Assembly: GCF_001458695.1 (NCBI RefSeq)
Contig: NZ_LN885086.1
Coordinates: 1,260,001 to 1,292,000 of the forward strand
DNA from: Candidatus Nitrospira inopinata
GTDB taxonomy: Bacteria > Nitrospirota > Nitrospiria > Nitrospirales > Nitrospiraceae
DNA: 32,000 nt
Reading direction: 5' to 3'
Made by a program: the position numbers and the translations under genes. Numbering within the stretch: the first letter of the stretch is position 1; the number at the start of each line of letters is the position of its first letter. The notes under the pieces are model-generated. The model ran no database searches and was not told the DNA's origin. It was given only the letters and a program-made list of their open reading frames with translations. Shown piece after piece: positions 19,203-27,384 of this stretch.

Positions 19203-19712
19203 TCAAAGATGAAGGTGTTTCATCGCGGCGGCGCACAGCACGATAAAGAATCCCATCCACAGCGCGGCACGCTGAAACGGAATGACCTCGTAGGTCTCTC
19301 CCTCTTCGGCTTGATCATCGGACTTGAAAATCACGGTGTACAAAAAGAGCGTGAGAAGACCGAGCACGAGGAGCAATTTGATGCAAAAAACGATCAGATA
19401 CTTGGCGTGATGCTGCATGCCGGCGCCGGTTTGCGACGTGATGACCTGATTGACGTAGTGCAGATTGATGCCGCCGGTGAACAGGAGGACGACCAAGAGA
19501 ACGCCCGCCACTTTTTTATAGTGGCGGTAGAAGACGTCCGTGATTGGTTTGACCTGCTCCTTCGGTACGGCCGTTTGAAGACCCGGCGTGACCGCCAAAA
19601 CAAGAAAAGCGAGGCCGCCGATCCAAATCACCGCCGACAACAGGTGAAGCCAGTGGTTCACGATCGGGATCACCGTATTCAGATCGGTCACGATGCTTTG
19701 GAGTGCGTCCAT
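19203..19712 (-). CDS. CopD-family-like four-TM membrane protein
   Basis: 169 aa with four hydrophobic helices. The first carries HWLHLLSAVIWIGGLAFL, reminiscent of the CopD/HemJ-type His-containing TM1. Assignment is from memory only. Confidence 0.5.
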   Translation of the reverse strand: MDALQSIVTDLNTVIPIVNHWLHLLSAVIWIGGLAFLVLAVTPGLQTAVPKEQVKPITDVFYRHYKKVAGVLLVVLLFTGGINLHYVNQVITSQTGAGMQHHAKYLIVFCIKLLLVLGLLTLFLYTVIFKSDDQAEEGETYEVIPFQRAALWMGFFIVLCAAAMKHLHL

Positions 19713-19723
19713 GATGGGCCGTT

Positions 19724-19758
19724 AATCGACAATCGTCATTCGTCAATCGACAATCGTG
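19724..19758. repeat. Five tandem heptamers AATCG(A/T)C in the 5' leader of the CopD-like gene
   Basis: AATCGAC AATCGTC ATTCGTC AATCGAC AATCGTG. The array ends 12 nt from the ATG at 19712 (minus strand). GTTGACG is also repeated at 19783 and 19797. Confidence 0.7.
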
Positions 19759-19803
19759 AGGGGCGATCACCGGTCTCCGTCGGTTGACGCATGACAGTTG
19801 ACG

Positions 19804-21168
19804 TCAGAGCTTAAAGACCGGCGCGTCGTTGCCGAATCGCTTCTTGCGCAACTCTTCCATCAGCTCGACGGTGATCAGAGAGATGTTATTTTCCCGGGCG
19901 TGTTTTTCGACGCCCTTTTTCACCATGGCCCGCAGGAAATAAGGAATACGGCTGAGACGCACCGACGATGCGTCGTCCCACTGGATCGGGGCGTCTTCCG
20001 GCGTATTGAACGCCACCTTGATCTTTTCCCCGCCCTTGGGGGTGTATAGACACCACTGATCCTCGTCCAACCAATCGCCGTGATCCACATAGGGACGCGC
20101 GCGGCACCCCCCGCAAATGTCCGAATACTCACAGTCTCCGCATTTGCCCTTGAGTTGAGGATAACGGAACGAGTTGAAAATGTCGGAGTGGTTCCACAGA
20201 TCCACGAAACTGCGTTGCCGCACGTTCCCGGCCGAAAGAGGCATATAGGGACAGGGAGTCAATTCACCGTTCGGCGTCACGCGGGCATAGTTGGTGCCGG
20301 CCAGGCAGCCGCCGCCCATGTAGCCGGTTGCCTTGGTGAGGGGAGAGTTCGGATCTTTCTCATAGGCCAGCCGTTTGAAGTGCGGCGCGCATCGGGCGCG
20401 GACCAGCATGCCTTTGTAATTGTCCTGGCAAGTGACCAGATAGCCGAGCGCCTCCTCGTACTGAGCCGGCGTGATATCGGTCAATTCTTCTCCCCGTCCC
20501 GTGCACACCATGAAAAACACGTTGAACACGCGGGCTCCAAGCCGATGGGCCCACTCGATGGCCTCGGGCAGTTCTTGATAGTTCATGGGCTGGACGCTGA
20601 AATGAATTTGAAACTGAAGGCCGTTGCGCTTGCCGGCTTCGATGCCGGCGACCGCGGCGTTCCACGCTCCCGGAATGCCGCGGAACGCGTCGTGTTTGGC
20701 CGGGTCCAGCGAATCGATACTGATGCCCACCCCCATCACGCCGATCTCGACCAGGTTTTTGGCGATCCGATCGTCGATCAACATCCCGTTCGTCCCCAGG
20801 ACGACCATGAAGCCGGCGTTCACGGCATAGCGGGCGATGTCGAGGATGTCCGGCCGCACCAGCGGCTCGCCGCCCGTGATGACCAGCAAACAGCCTTTGT
20901 TGACCTCGGCAATCTGATCGATCAGTCGGAAACATTCTTCGGTGGACAGTTCGTCATGGCCGCCAGACGCCCTGGTGGTGGCGTCGAGATAGCAGTGGTC
21001 GCACTTCAGATTGCACCGCTTGGTCAGGTTGAGCGCGACGAGATAAGGCTTGAAGTCATCGACGGTTCGTCCGTCCCGAAGCGGCGAAGGCGAGCGGTCG
21101 CCTACACTCTGGAACGGTGGAGAATCCGGCGCGGGAGATGGATTTAGAATGGGAAGCGACTTGCCCAT
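19804..21168 (-). CDS. Radical SAM/SPASM enzyme (AhbD/NirJ-like) with a C-terminal PCP_red-like domain
   Basis: CNLKCDHC (CxxxCxxC) and GGEPL. SPASM cysteines (CLAGTNY...TPCPYM, GKCGDCEYSDICGGCRARPY). C-terminal WDDASSVRLSRIPYFLRAMVKKGVEKHARENNISLITVE resembles the ChlB/BchB C-terminal PCP_red domain. The ATG at 21168 is preferred over the TTG at 21177. Confidence 0.8.
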   Translation of the reverse strand: MGKSLPILNPSPAPDSPPFQSVGDRSPSPLRDGRTVDDFKPYLVALNLTKRCNLKCDHCYLDATTRASGGHDELSTEECFRLIDQIAEVNKGCLLVITGGEPLVRPDILDIARYAVNAGFMVVLGTNGMLIDDRIAKNLVEIGVMGVGISIDSLDPAKHDAFRGIPGAWNAAVAGIEAGKRNGLQFQIHFSVQPMNYQELPEAIEWAHRLGARVFNVFFMVCTGRGEELTDITPAQYEEALGYLVTCQDNYKGMLVRARCAPHFKRLAYEKDPNSPLTKATGYMGGGCLAGTNYARVTPNGELTPCPYMPLSAGNVRQRSFVDLWNHSDIFNSFRYPQLKGKCGDCEYSDICGGCRARPYVDHGDWLDEDQWCLYTPKGGEKIKVAFNTPEDAPIQWDDASSVRLSRIPYFLRAMVKKGVEKHARENNISLITVELMEELRKKRFGNDAPVFKL

Positions 21169-21260
21169 GTGAGCCAATTATAGTCGTCCTGCCGTACAGG
21201 CGGAATAGGACGAAGGAAGCCTCTCCGGAGCCGTGTCATGAAGAGATGACGCGAGATAAG

Positions 21261-23363
21261 CTAGGCGCGCCCTTTCCCGGTCAGGTCCGCGATCATGCTT
21301 TTGAGATTGCCGGTTTTCATGGCCTCGGCCATGTAGCCTTTGGCCTGTTCGATCCCTTCGTTGGCGACTTCCAGCGTAATATGGGTCACGCCGATCTTTT
21401 CCGCGTGTTTCAGAATCAAAGCCTTTGTGCAGTCCCGCATGAAGCCTTCCGGAGCCCGTTCCAGCCGTGCCTGCGCTTCCGCGGTCCAGGTATAGGGGGA
21501 AGTGTCGGCCTGCTGTTGGCCCTTCGTTTCATCAAGGACATGGGCGCCGTTGCCGCGCGGGTCGGTTTCCCCTCCTGCAATTCCCAGTTTGGCTGCCGCC
21601 TCCGAGGAGATTCCCGTTCCCTTGTTGGAAAAGATCGGACGGTACTCCTCCGACGCCGCCTCTTTAATCATGGGGGCGGCAAATTCCAAGGTGACGGTGG
21701 TCATGCCGAGTTTGCGGGCGGTCTTCTCGATCTTGGCCTTGGCTCGCCGCCGCTGAAAGCCCGCCGGGACGGCCCGGATGGCTTCTTTGGCGTCTTTGGT
21801 CCACTGCATGGGGACGTCGTCATACGCCACGTCCGTTTCCAGCCCCCCTTCGGCTTGGGCCGCCGCTTCGAAGATCGTCTTGTCCACTTGTTTGAATCGC
21901 GCGCCGTCCGCGCCGCAGACCGGGCATTTCACCGGCGTGTCGCCTTTTCCGATGTAGCCGCAGCCGTCGCACACGAAATAATTTTGGTTCATGCGATCCA
22001 GATAGGCCTGCGTCGAATCGGAGGTCTTGGGCTTCTCCTCGACGATTTGCGTCATGAGGCCGCTCAAGGTCGCGCCCATCAGGTCTTGCGCCACCGCGTC
22101 GTCGGCCTGCATCTTGTTGCGATCGATGCCGGCTTGATCGAGGCTTCCTCCCAGCGCCCGCATGGCCTCCATGGCTCCCTTGGGCAGGATATGACCGACC
22201 GCCGCGTCCACGACCGTGTTGCTGATGATCGTATGACCCTTCTCGATCGCGTAGCGGTGAATGGCGGTCTTGGCGACTCCGCGGGCGAAGACGGGGATCT
22301 TTTCCATGCGGCGGAGGGCCTCTTCGGTCCAGGCGATGGTGTACTCCGCCTGCGTATCGATCGGCGGCACGTACTTTCTGTTCGAGACGAGAACGTTACA
22401 AGGGGCGCTGCGCAGCAGATTCTCCGTGTTGCTGCCGATGTCCATGTCCTCGTCGCTGTGCACCCCGATCCGGCCGACGATCAGCAGGGCCGGAACGTCT
22501 TTGCGGACGTATTGAATGATTTTCTCAAACGCTTTTCCATCGAGGAGGGTCGTCTTCAGATCCGATTGTTCGGCCTGGGCGATCTCGCGGGAGATGTCGA
22601 GGTGCGACTGGTAGATTTTGGCCAAGCCGCTGTCGATGATTTCTTCGTGCAGCTTTTCCTGCTCTTTGAAACGGAACACCTTCCCGGCTTCCTCGTTCAG
22701 GACGCCGGAAATGCTGTGAAAGGCGGCGTAGTGAAAATAAGGGTCGAAGGCGGAGATCGCCTCGACCGGCATATCGAATGCCTTGCCGAGCTGCAGGGCG
22801 GTCATCAGCCCGCCGAACGAATAGGGGCTGCCGTCGACCGCGACGACGATCTTGCCCGTCTGCATCGGCTGGACGTTCTTGACGATCAGCATGTCGGAGT
22901 TGCGCACGCGACGGACCACCCGCTCCGTGTTGCTGCCGATCACGCTCTCCTTGACGGCACCCACCCCCAGGGCTCCCATGATCACGAGATCGTACCCGTT
23001 GGTGTTGATGTCTTCGGACAAGACCTTCCAGTTGCGCCCTTCAAGAGAGCGGCGTTCGATCGGCAGGTTCGATTCCGAGCACTTCTTGTCCACGTAATCG
23101 AGGTACGAGTCCGTGATGATTTGAAGCCCGCGCGTGATCAATGAATCGTGAATTTGACGCTGGCGGTCGAGCTCTTTCTCGTCGTGATACTCTTCCGGCA
23201 GGCCGGCTTCCATCTGCTTGAAGCGCTTATCGTGCATTTTGGCGGCGTAGACGTGGCTGCCGACGATCTTGGAACCGAATCGTTTCGCCAGGTGGATGCC
23301 GATGTCCACGGCGGCGTTGGAATGGTCGGAATTATCAACCGGGATATAAATGGTCTTATACAT
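21261..23363 (-). CDS. Multidomain protein: 2x universal stress protein domains, 3x PCP_red-like domains, one rubredoxin-type zinc knuckle
   Basis: USP1 covers aa 1-163 (GALGVG...GSNTERV) and USP2 about aa 165-335. Three W-T-x-x-A...(I/V)P...(R/K) segments are present (WTEEALRRMEKIPVFARGVAKT, WTKDAKEAIRAVPAGFQRRRAKAKIEK, WTAEAQARLERAPEGFMRDCTK). Zinc knuckle: CDGCGY...CPVCGA. GGGGGAAG SD. Confidence 0.8.
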   Translation of the reverse strand: MYKTIYIPVDNSDHSNAAVDIGIHLAKRFGSKIVGSHVYAAKMHDKRFKQMEAGLPEEYHDEKELDRQRQIHDSLITRGLQIITDSYLDYVDKKCSESNLPIERRSLEGRNWKVLSEDINTNGYDLVIMGALGVGAVKESVIGSNTERVVRRVRNSDMLIVKNVQPMQTGKIVVAVDGSPYSFGGLMTALQLGKAFDMPVEAISAFDPYFHYAAFHSISGVLNEEAGKVFRFKEQEKLHEEIIDSGLAKIYQSHLDISREIAQAEQSDLKTTLLDGKAFEKIIQYVRKDVPALLIVGRIGVHSDEDMDIGSNTENLLRSAPCNVLVSNRKYVPPIDTQAEYTIAWTEEALRRMEKIPVFARGVAKTAIHRYAIEKGHTIISNTVVDAAVGHILPKGAMEAMRALGGSLDQAGIDRNKMQADDAVAQDLMGATLSGLMTQIVEEKPKTSDSTQAYLDRMNQNYFVCDGCGYIGKGDTPVKCPVCGADGARFKQVDKTIFEAAAQAEGGLETDVAYDDVPMQWTKDAKEAIRAVPAGFQRRRAKAKIEKTARKLGMTTVTLEFAAPMIKEAASEEYRPIFSNKGTGISSEAAAKLGIAGGETDPRGNGAHVLDETKGQQQADTSPYTWTAEAQARLERAPEGFMRDCTKALILKHAEKIGVTHITLEVANEGIEQAKGYMAEAMKTGNLKSMIADLTGKGRA

Positions 23364-23456
23364 GAAGTACTTCCCCCAGGCCCTGAAGAGTACTATGTCC
23401 GCGTCATTACGTGAGAATCTCTGAGACCGCCGCGCAGGCGATCACGAAGAAGTGGG

Positions 23457-23486
23457 ATGATAGCATCGGGCTCCAGCCGAAAGCAA
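23457..23486 (-). promoter_or_regulatory. Possible sigma-70-like promoter TTGCTT-N18-TATCAT (minus strand) for the USP/PCP_red gene
   Basis: -35 at 23486-23481 and -10 at 23462-23457 on the minus strand, about 90 nt upstream of the ATG at 23363. Sequence match only. Confidence 0.25.
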
Positions 23487-23647
23487 GGCGCTCCTCCCCT
23501 GGATGGGGCCAGATGGGGCCGCCAGCCGGTCATCACGTCTCAAGGCCGATCACGGGAGAAGAGGATGCGCTTCATGATCCCCGCCTTGGGGGAGCTCCTT
23601 GCAGATCAGCCAGGAATACGACGGGATCGTGGAACTGACGGGTGACG

Positions 23648-24424
23648 TTATTTTGTCGCCACGTGGATCGCCACGATTCCTCCCGTCAGGTTTCGGTATT
23701 CCACCCGGTGGAAGCCCGCTTCGCGGAGAATCTGGCACAGCCGTTCTTGATCGGGAAACGTGCGGATCGAGGCGGGCAGATATTCATACACGCCGGTGGA
23801 ATCACGGGCCACTTTCGTGCCGATCCAGGGGAGCAGCGTAAACGAGTACCAGTCATACAGGGTTCGCAGCCATCCATAGACCGGGCGGGAGAATTCCAAA
23901 CAGACGAAGCGGCCGCCGGGCTTGAGAATGCGGCGGATCTCGGCGACGGCCAGCGGCAGGTTGCCGACGTTGCGCATGCAGAAGCCCGTCGTCACCGCGT
24001 CGAAGGTGTCGTCCGCAAACCCCAACCGTTCGGCGCTTGCCTGCAAACAGACGATCTTGCCGGTCAACCCCTTGCCGGCCACTTTCTTGAGCCCTTCGGC
24101 CAACATGGCGTGGTTCAAGTCTGATGCGATCACGCGCCCGTCGGGGCCCATGCGCGGCTCCACGAGAATCGCCAGGTCGGCGGTGCCGGCTCCCACGTCG
24201 AGCGCCAGGCCACGTTCGACCGGCGTGACGAACGAGACGGCGATTTTCTTCCAACGGTGATGAAGGCCGAAACTTAAGAGCGTGTTGTTCAGGTCGTACA
24301 CGCCGGCGATGGCCGTGAACATCCGTTGCACGGCCTGCTCGCGCGCCTGGCCGGACCAGGTCGAGACGACCTTGGCTTGCACTTTCGTCTGTTGCGCGGC
24401 GGGGGGATCCTCGGTGTGCACCAT
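23648..24424 (-). CDS. ubiE: Demethylmenaquinone/ubiquinone C-methyltransferase (UbiE/MenG family)
   Basis: MFTAIAGVYDLNNTLLSFGLHHRWKK signature, SAM motif LDVGAGTADL, and FCMRNV...LKPGGRFVCLEFS. Confidence 0.85.
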   Translation of the reverse strand: MVHTEDPPAAQQTKVQAKVVSTWSGQAREQAVQRMFTAIAGVYDLNNTLLSFGLHHRWKKIAVSFVTPVERGLALDVGAGTADLAILVEPRMGPDGRVIASDLNHAMLAEGLKKVAGKGLTGKIVCLQASAERLGFADDTFDAVTTGFCMRNVGNLPLAVAEIRRILKPGGRFVCLEFSRPVYGWLRTLYDWYSFTLLPWIGTKVARDSTGVYEYLPASIRTFPDQERLCQILREAGFHRVEYRNLTGGIVAIHVATK

Positions 24425-24517
24425 GGGGACCGTGGTAGCACCCGCTTCGAGGCGGTGTCAAGCCGGCACAGGTGGCGAGGCGGTGGGAGGAAGGGAAGCG
24501 TGTCGCGTATCAGACTC

Positions 24518-24546
24518 TTGCGCCCGTCCCGCGTTTACTTCATTAT
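24518..24546 (+). promoter_or_regulatory. Possible promoter TTGCGC-N17-CATTAT upstream of hsdM
   Basis: Hexamers at 24518-24523 and 24541-24546, about 50 nt upstream of the hsdM ATG. Sequence match only. Confidence 0.25.
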
Positions 24547-24598
24547 CCCCTGCGAAGAGCCTCTGCCTCCCTGCGTGGAGCGTGTTTTAGGGCTGGAG

Positions 24599-26155
24599 AT
24601 GCCGCAGACGAACGGCACGGACAAATCGCTGGAATCCTGGATCTGGGACGCCGCCTGTTCGATCCGTGGCGCCAAGGACGCCCCGAAGTTCAAGGACTCC
24701 ATCCTGCCGCTGATTTTTGCGAAGCGGCTCTGCGACGTCTTCGACGACGAGCTGAACCGCATCGCCAAAGAAGTCGGCTCCCGCGCCAAGGCCTTCAAGC
24801 TCGTCAAGCAGGACAAGAAGCTCGTCCGCTTCTATCTCCCACTCCAACCGACCAATCCCGACGAGCCGGTCTGGTCTGTCATCCGCAAGCTGGCCGACAA
24901 GATCGGCGAACGGCTCACGACGCATCTCCGCGCCATCGCCGACGAGAACCCGTTGCTGAAAGGGATTATCGACCGGGTGGACTTCAACGCCACGACCCAC
25001 GGCGTGCGGGACCTGGCCGACGACCGGCTCAGCAATCTGATCGAGCGCATCAGCGAAAAGCGGCTCGGCCTCGCCGACGTGGAGCCGGACATCATCGGGC
25101 GGAGCTACGAATATCTCATCCGCAAGTTCGCCGAGGGCAGTGTCTCCAGCGCCGGTGAGTTTTACACGCCCGCCGAGGTTGGCATGGTCATGGCGAAGAT
25201 CATGGACCCGGAGCCCGGCATGGAGATCTACGACCCCTGCTGCGGCTCGGCCGGCCTGCTCATCAAGTGCGAGCTGGCGCTGGACAAAAAGATGAGCCTG
25301 CGATCGAAGAAGACCTACGTGCAGCTCAAGCTCTACGGCCAGGAGTATGTCGCCGAAACCTGGGCCATGGCGAACATGAACATGATCATCCATGACATGG
25401 AAGGCGAAATCGAGCTCGGCGATACCTTCAAGAATCCCAAATTCCGCAAGGGCAACCGCCTCCGGACCTTCGACCGGGTCGTCACCAATCCCATGTGGAA
25501 CCAGGACTGGTGGACGGAGAAGGACTACGATGCCGACGAGTGGGACCGGTTCCCGAAAGGGGCCGGCTTTCCCGGCCGCAAGGCAGACTGGGGCTGGGTG
25601 CAGATCGTGCTGGCGAGTCTCAACGAGAAGGGCCGGGCCGCCATCGTGCTCGACACGGGCGCCGCCTCGCGCGGATCGGGCAATGCCAATGCGAATAAGG
25701 AAAAGGACGTGCGCCGCTGGTTCGTGGAACAGGACTTGATCGAAGGCGTGATCTATCTACCTGAAAATCTCTTCTACAACACCACCGCGCCGGGCATCAT
25801 TCTGTTCCTCAACAAGGCCAAGCAGAAAGATCGCAAGGGCAAGCTCTTCCTCGTCAACGCCTCGCAGGAGTTCGCCAAGGGCGATCCAAAGAACTATCTT
25901 ACGGACGATGGCATTCGCCGCATCACTGAGACGTTCAAGAGTTGGAAGGAACAAGAGAAGTTCAGCCGGATCGTCACCCGCGAAGAGATCGCCAAGAACG
26001 ACTTCAACATCTCGCCAAGCCGGTACATCCACACGGGAGCGGGCGAGGAATACCGGCCGATTGGGGAGATTGTGGAGGAATTGGAAGCCCTGGATGAGGA
26101 AACGGCCCAATCTGACAAGGCCTTGAGGCAAGTTCTAAAGGGGCTGCGACTCTAG
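24599..26155 (+). CDS. hsdM: Type I restriction-modification system, DNA methyltransferase subunit M
   Basis: HsdM_N-like start (LESWIWDAACSIRGAKDAPKFKDSILPLIFAKRL), GEFYTP, SAM motif IYDPCCGSAGLL, and catalytic-position tetrapeptide NPMW. The ATG at 24599 is chosen; the upstream extension to 24326 is Arg/Gly-rich noise. Confidence 0.9.
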   Translation: MPQTNGTDKSLESWIWDAACSIRGAKDAPKFKDSILPLIFAKRLCDVFDDELNRIAKEVGSRAKAFKLVKQDKKLVRFYLPLQPTNPDEPVWSVIRKLADKIGERLTTHLRAIADENPLLKGIIDRVDFNATTHGVRDLADDRLSNLIERISEKRLGLADVEPDIIGRSYEYLIRKFAEGSVSSAGEFYTPAEVGMVMAKIMDPEPGMEIYDPCCGSAGLLIKCELALDKKMSLRSKKTYVQLKLYGQEYVAETWAMANMNMIIHDMEGEIELGDTFKNPKFRKGNRLRTFDRVVTNPMWNQDWWTEKDYDADEWDRFPKGAGFPGRKADWGWVQIVLASLNEKGRAAIVLDTGAASRGSGNANANKEKDVRRWFVEQDLIEGVIYLPENLFYNTTAPGIILFLNKAKQKDRKGKLFLVNASQEFAKGDPKNYLTDDGIRRITETFKSWKEQEKFSRIVTREEIAKNDFNISPSRYIHTGAGEEYRPIGEIVEELEALDEETAQSDKALRQVLKGLRL

Positions 26156-26158
26156 CTA

Positions 26159-27370
26159 ATGACTTGGTTGGCAATCGAATTCCCCAAGGCTCTTGAGAAG
26201 ACGAAAGTTGGCAGAGAGAACCAGATTCTCTCTTCCGAGATTAAGCCGTTCGGTCGATTTCCGGTGATCGACCAAGGGCAGACATTCATAGCTGGATACT
26301 CTGACGACGAGGGGAAGGTTATCCACAAGGAACTTCCGGTAGTAATTTTTGGAGACCATACACGCAGCATCAAGTATGTGGACTTCCCGTTCATTCTTGG
26401 AGCGGATGGCACAAAAGTGCTGAAGCCCAAGGCGGAACTCTTTGAGACCAAGTTTTTCTACTATGCGCTTATGAGCCTTGATATTCCCAATCGTGGATAC
26501 AACCGTCACTTCACTCTCCTGAAAGAGAAGACCGTTCCGCGCCCAGAGAAAGATGAGCAGCGGAAGATTGCCTCGGTGCTGAGCTTGGTGCAGCGGGCGA
26601 TTGAGCAGCAGGAGCGGCTGATCGCGCTGACGCAGGAATTGAAGAAGTCGCTGATGCACAAGCTCTTCACCGAAGGTCTCCGCGGCGAACGGCAGAAACA
26701 GACCGAGATCGGCCCCGTGCCGGAGAGTTGGGAAGTTAAGCCGCTTGGTGTTCTTGCTAAGATTGGTAACGGTTCAACTCCCAAACGAGACAACGTCAGT
26801 TATTGGGAAGATGGTTCTATTCCATGGCTGACCAGCGGGAAAATTCATGAGCGATTTATCACGGAGGCTGACGAGTTTGTCACAGAACTGGCGGCAAAAG
26901 AATCCCACCTCCCTTGCGTGAAGCCGGGGAGTCTCCTTATCGCCATTACCGGCCAAGGAAAGACGCTCGGCAATTCGGCATTGGTGACGTTTGAAACTTG
27001 CATCAGTCAGCATCTTGCCTACGCCCAATTTCACACTCCGGATATCGTGCCCGAGTTTGTCCTCTGGTATTTCCAAACCCGCTATCAACATTTGCGTTCG
27101 ATAGGTCAGGCTGGCGGGAGCACCAAAGGCGCGCTTACTTGCGGGTATCTCAAAACATATCCGGTCCCGGTGCCTTCGCGAGAAGAACAGCGCGAGATTG
27201 CAGACATCTTTACTGGGTTGGAGCAGAAAGAGCAGGTGCATATTCACAAAAGACGAACTTTGAATGACCTCTTCCGCACCCTCCTCCACCAACTTATGAC
27301 CGCGCAGATTCGCGTCCACGATCTGGATCTGTTTGAATTTGGGCTGGATTCTGAAGCTGCCGTGCCCTAA
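26159..27370 (+). CDS. hsdS: Type I restriction-modification system, specificity subunit S
   Basis: Two variable target-recognition halves separated by conserved helical repeats (EQRKIASVLSLVQRAIEQQERLIALTQELKKSLMHKLF and EQREIADIFTGLEQ...LNDLFRTLLHQLMT). Starts 3 nt after the hsdM stop. Visibly lower GC than flanking genes. Confidence 0.88.
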   Translation: MTWLAIEFPKALEKTKVGRENQILSSEIKPFGRFPVIDQGQTFIAGYSDDEGKVIHKELPVVIFGDHTRSIKYVDFPFILGADGTKVLKPKAELFETKFFYYALMSLDIPNRGYNRHFTLLKEKTVPRPEKDEQRKIASVLSLVQRAIEQQERLIALTQELKKSLMHKLFTEGLRGERQKQTEIGPVPESWEVKPLGVLAKIGNGSTPKRDNVSYWEDGSIPWLTSGKIHERFITEADEFVTELAAKESHLPCVKPGSLLIAITGQGKTLGNSALVTFETCISQHLAYAQFHTPDIVPEFVLWYFQTRYQHLRSIGQAGGSTKGALTCGYLKTYPVPVPSREEQREIADIFTGLEQKEQVHIHKRRTLNDLFRTLLHQLMTAQIRVHDLDLFEFGLDSEAAVP

Positions 27371-27384
27371 GCTGGCCTTGTCGC

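Noticed and set aside
20080-21147. 355-aa ORF on the plus strand
   Set aside because: Antisense shadow of the radical SAM/SPASM gene, with no motifs and biased composition.
21117-23144. 675-aa ORF on the plus strand
   Set aside because: It lies entirely antisense to the well-supported USP/PCP_red gene. Its R/G/D/V/H-rich low-complexity translation is typical of shadow ORFs in GC-rich DNA, and it has no SD or recognisable motif.
24326-24598. N-terminal extension of hsdM back to 24326, and the alternative-frame ORF 24472-25158
   Set aside because: The extension translates to Arg/Gly-rich sequence unlike any HsdM N-terminus. The conserved HsdM_N sequence begins right after the ATG at 24599. 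The 228-aa alternative frame is Arg/Pro-rich noise.
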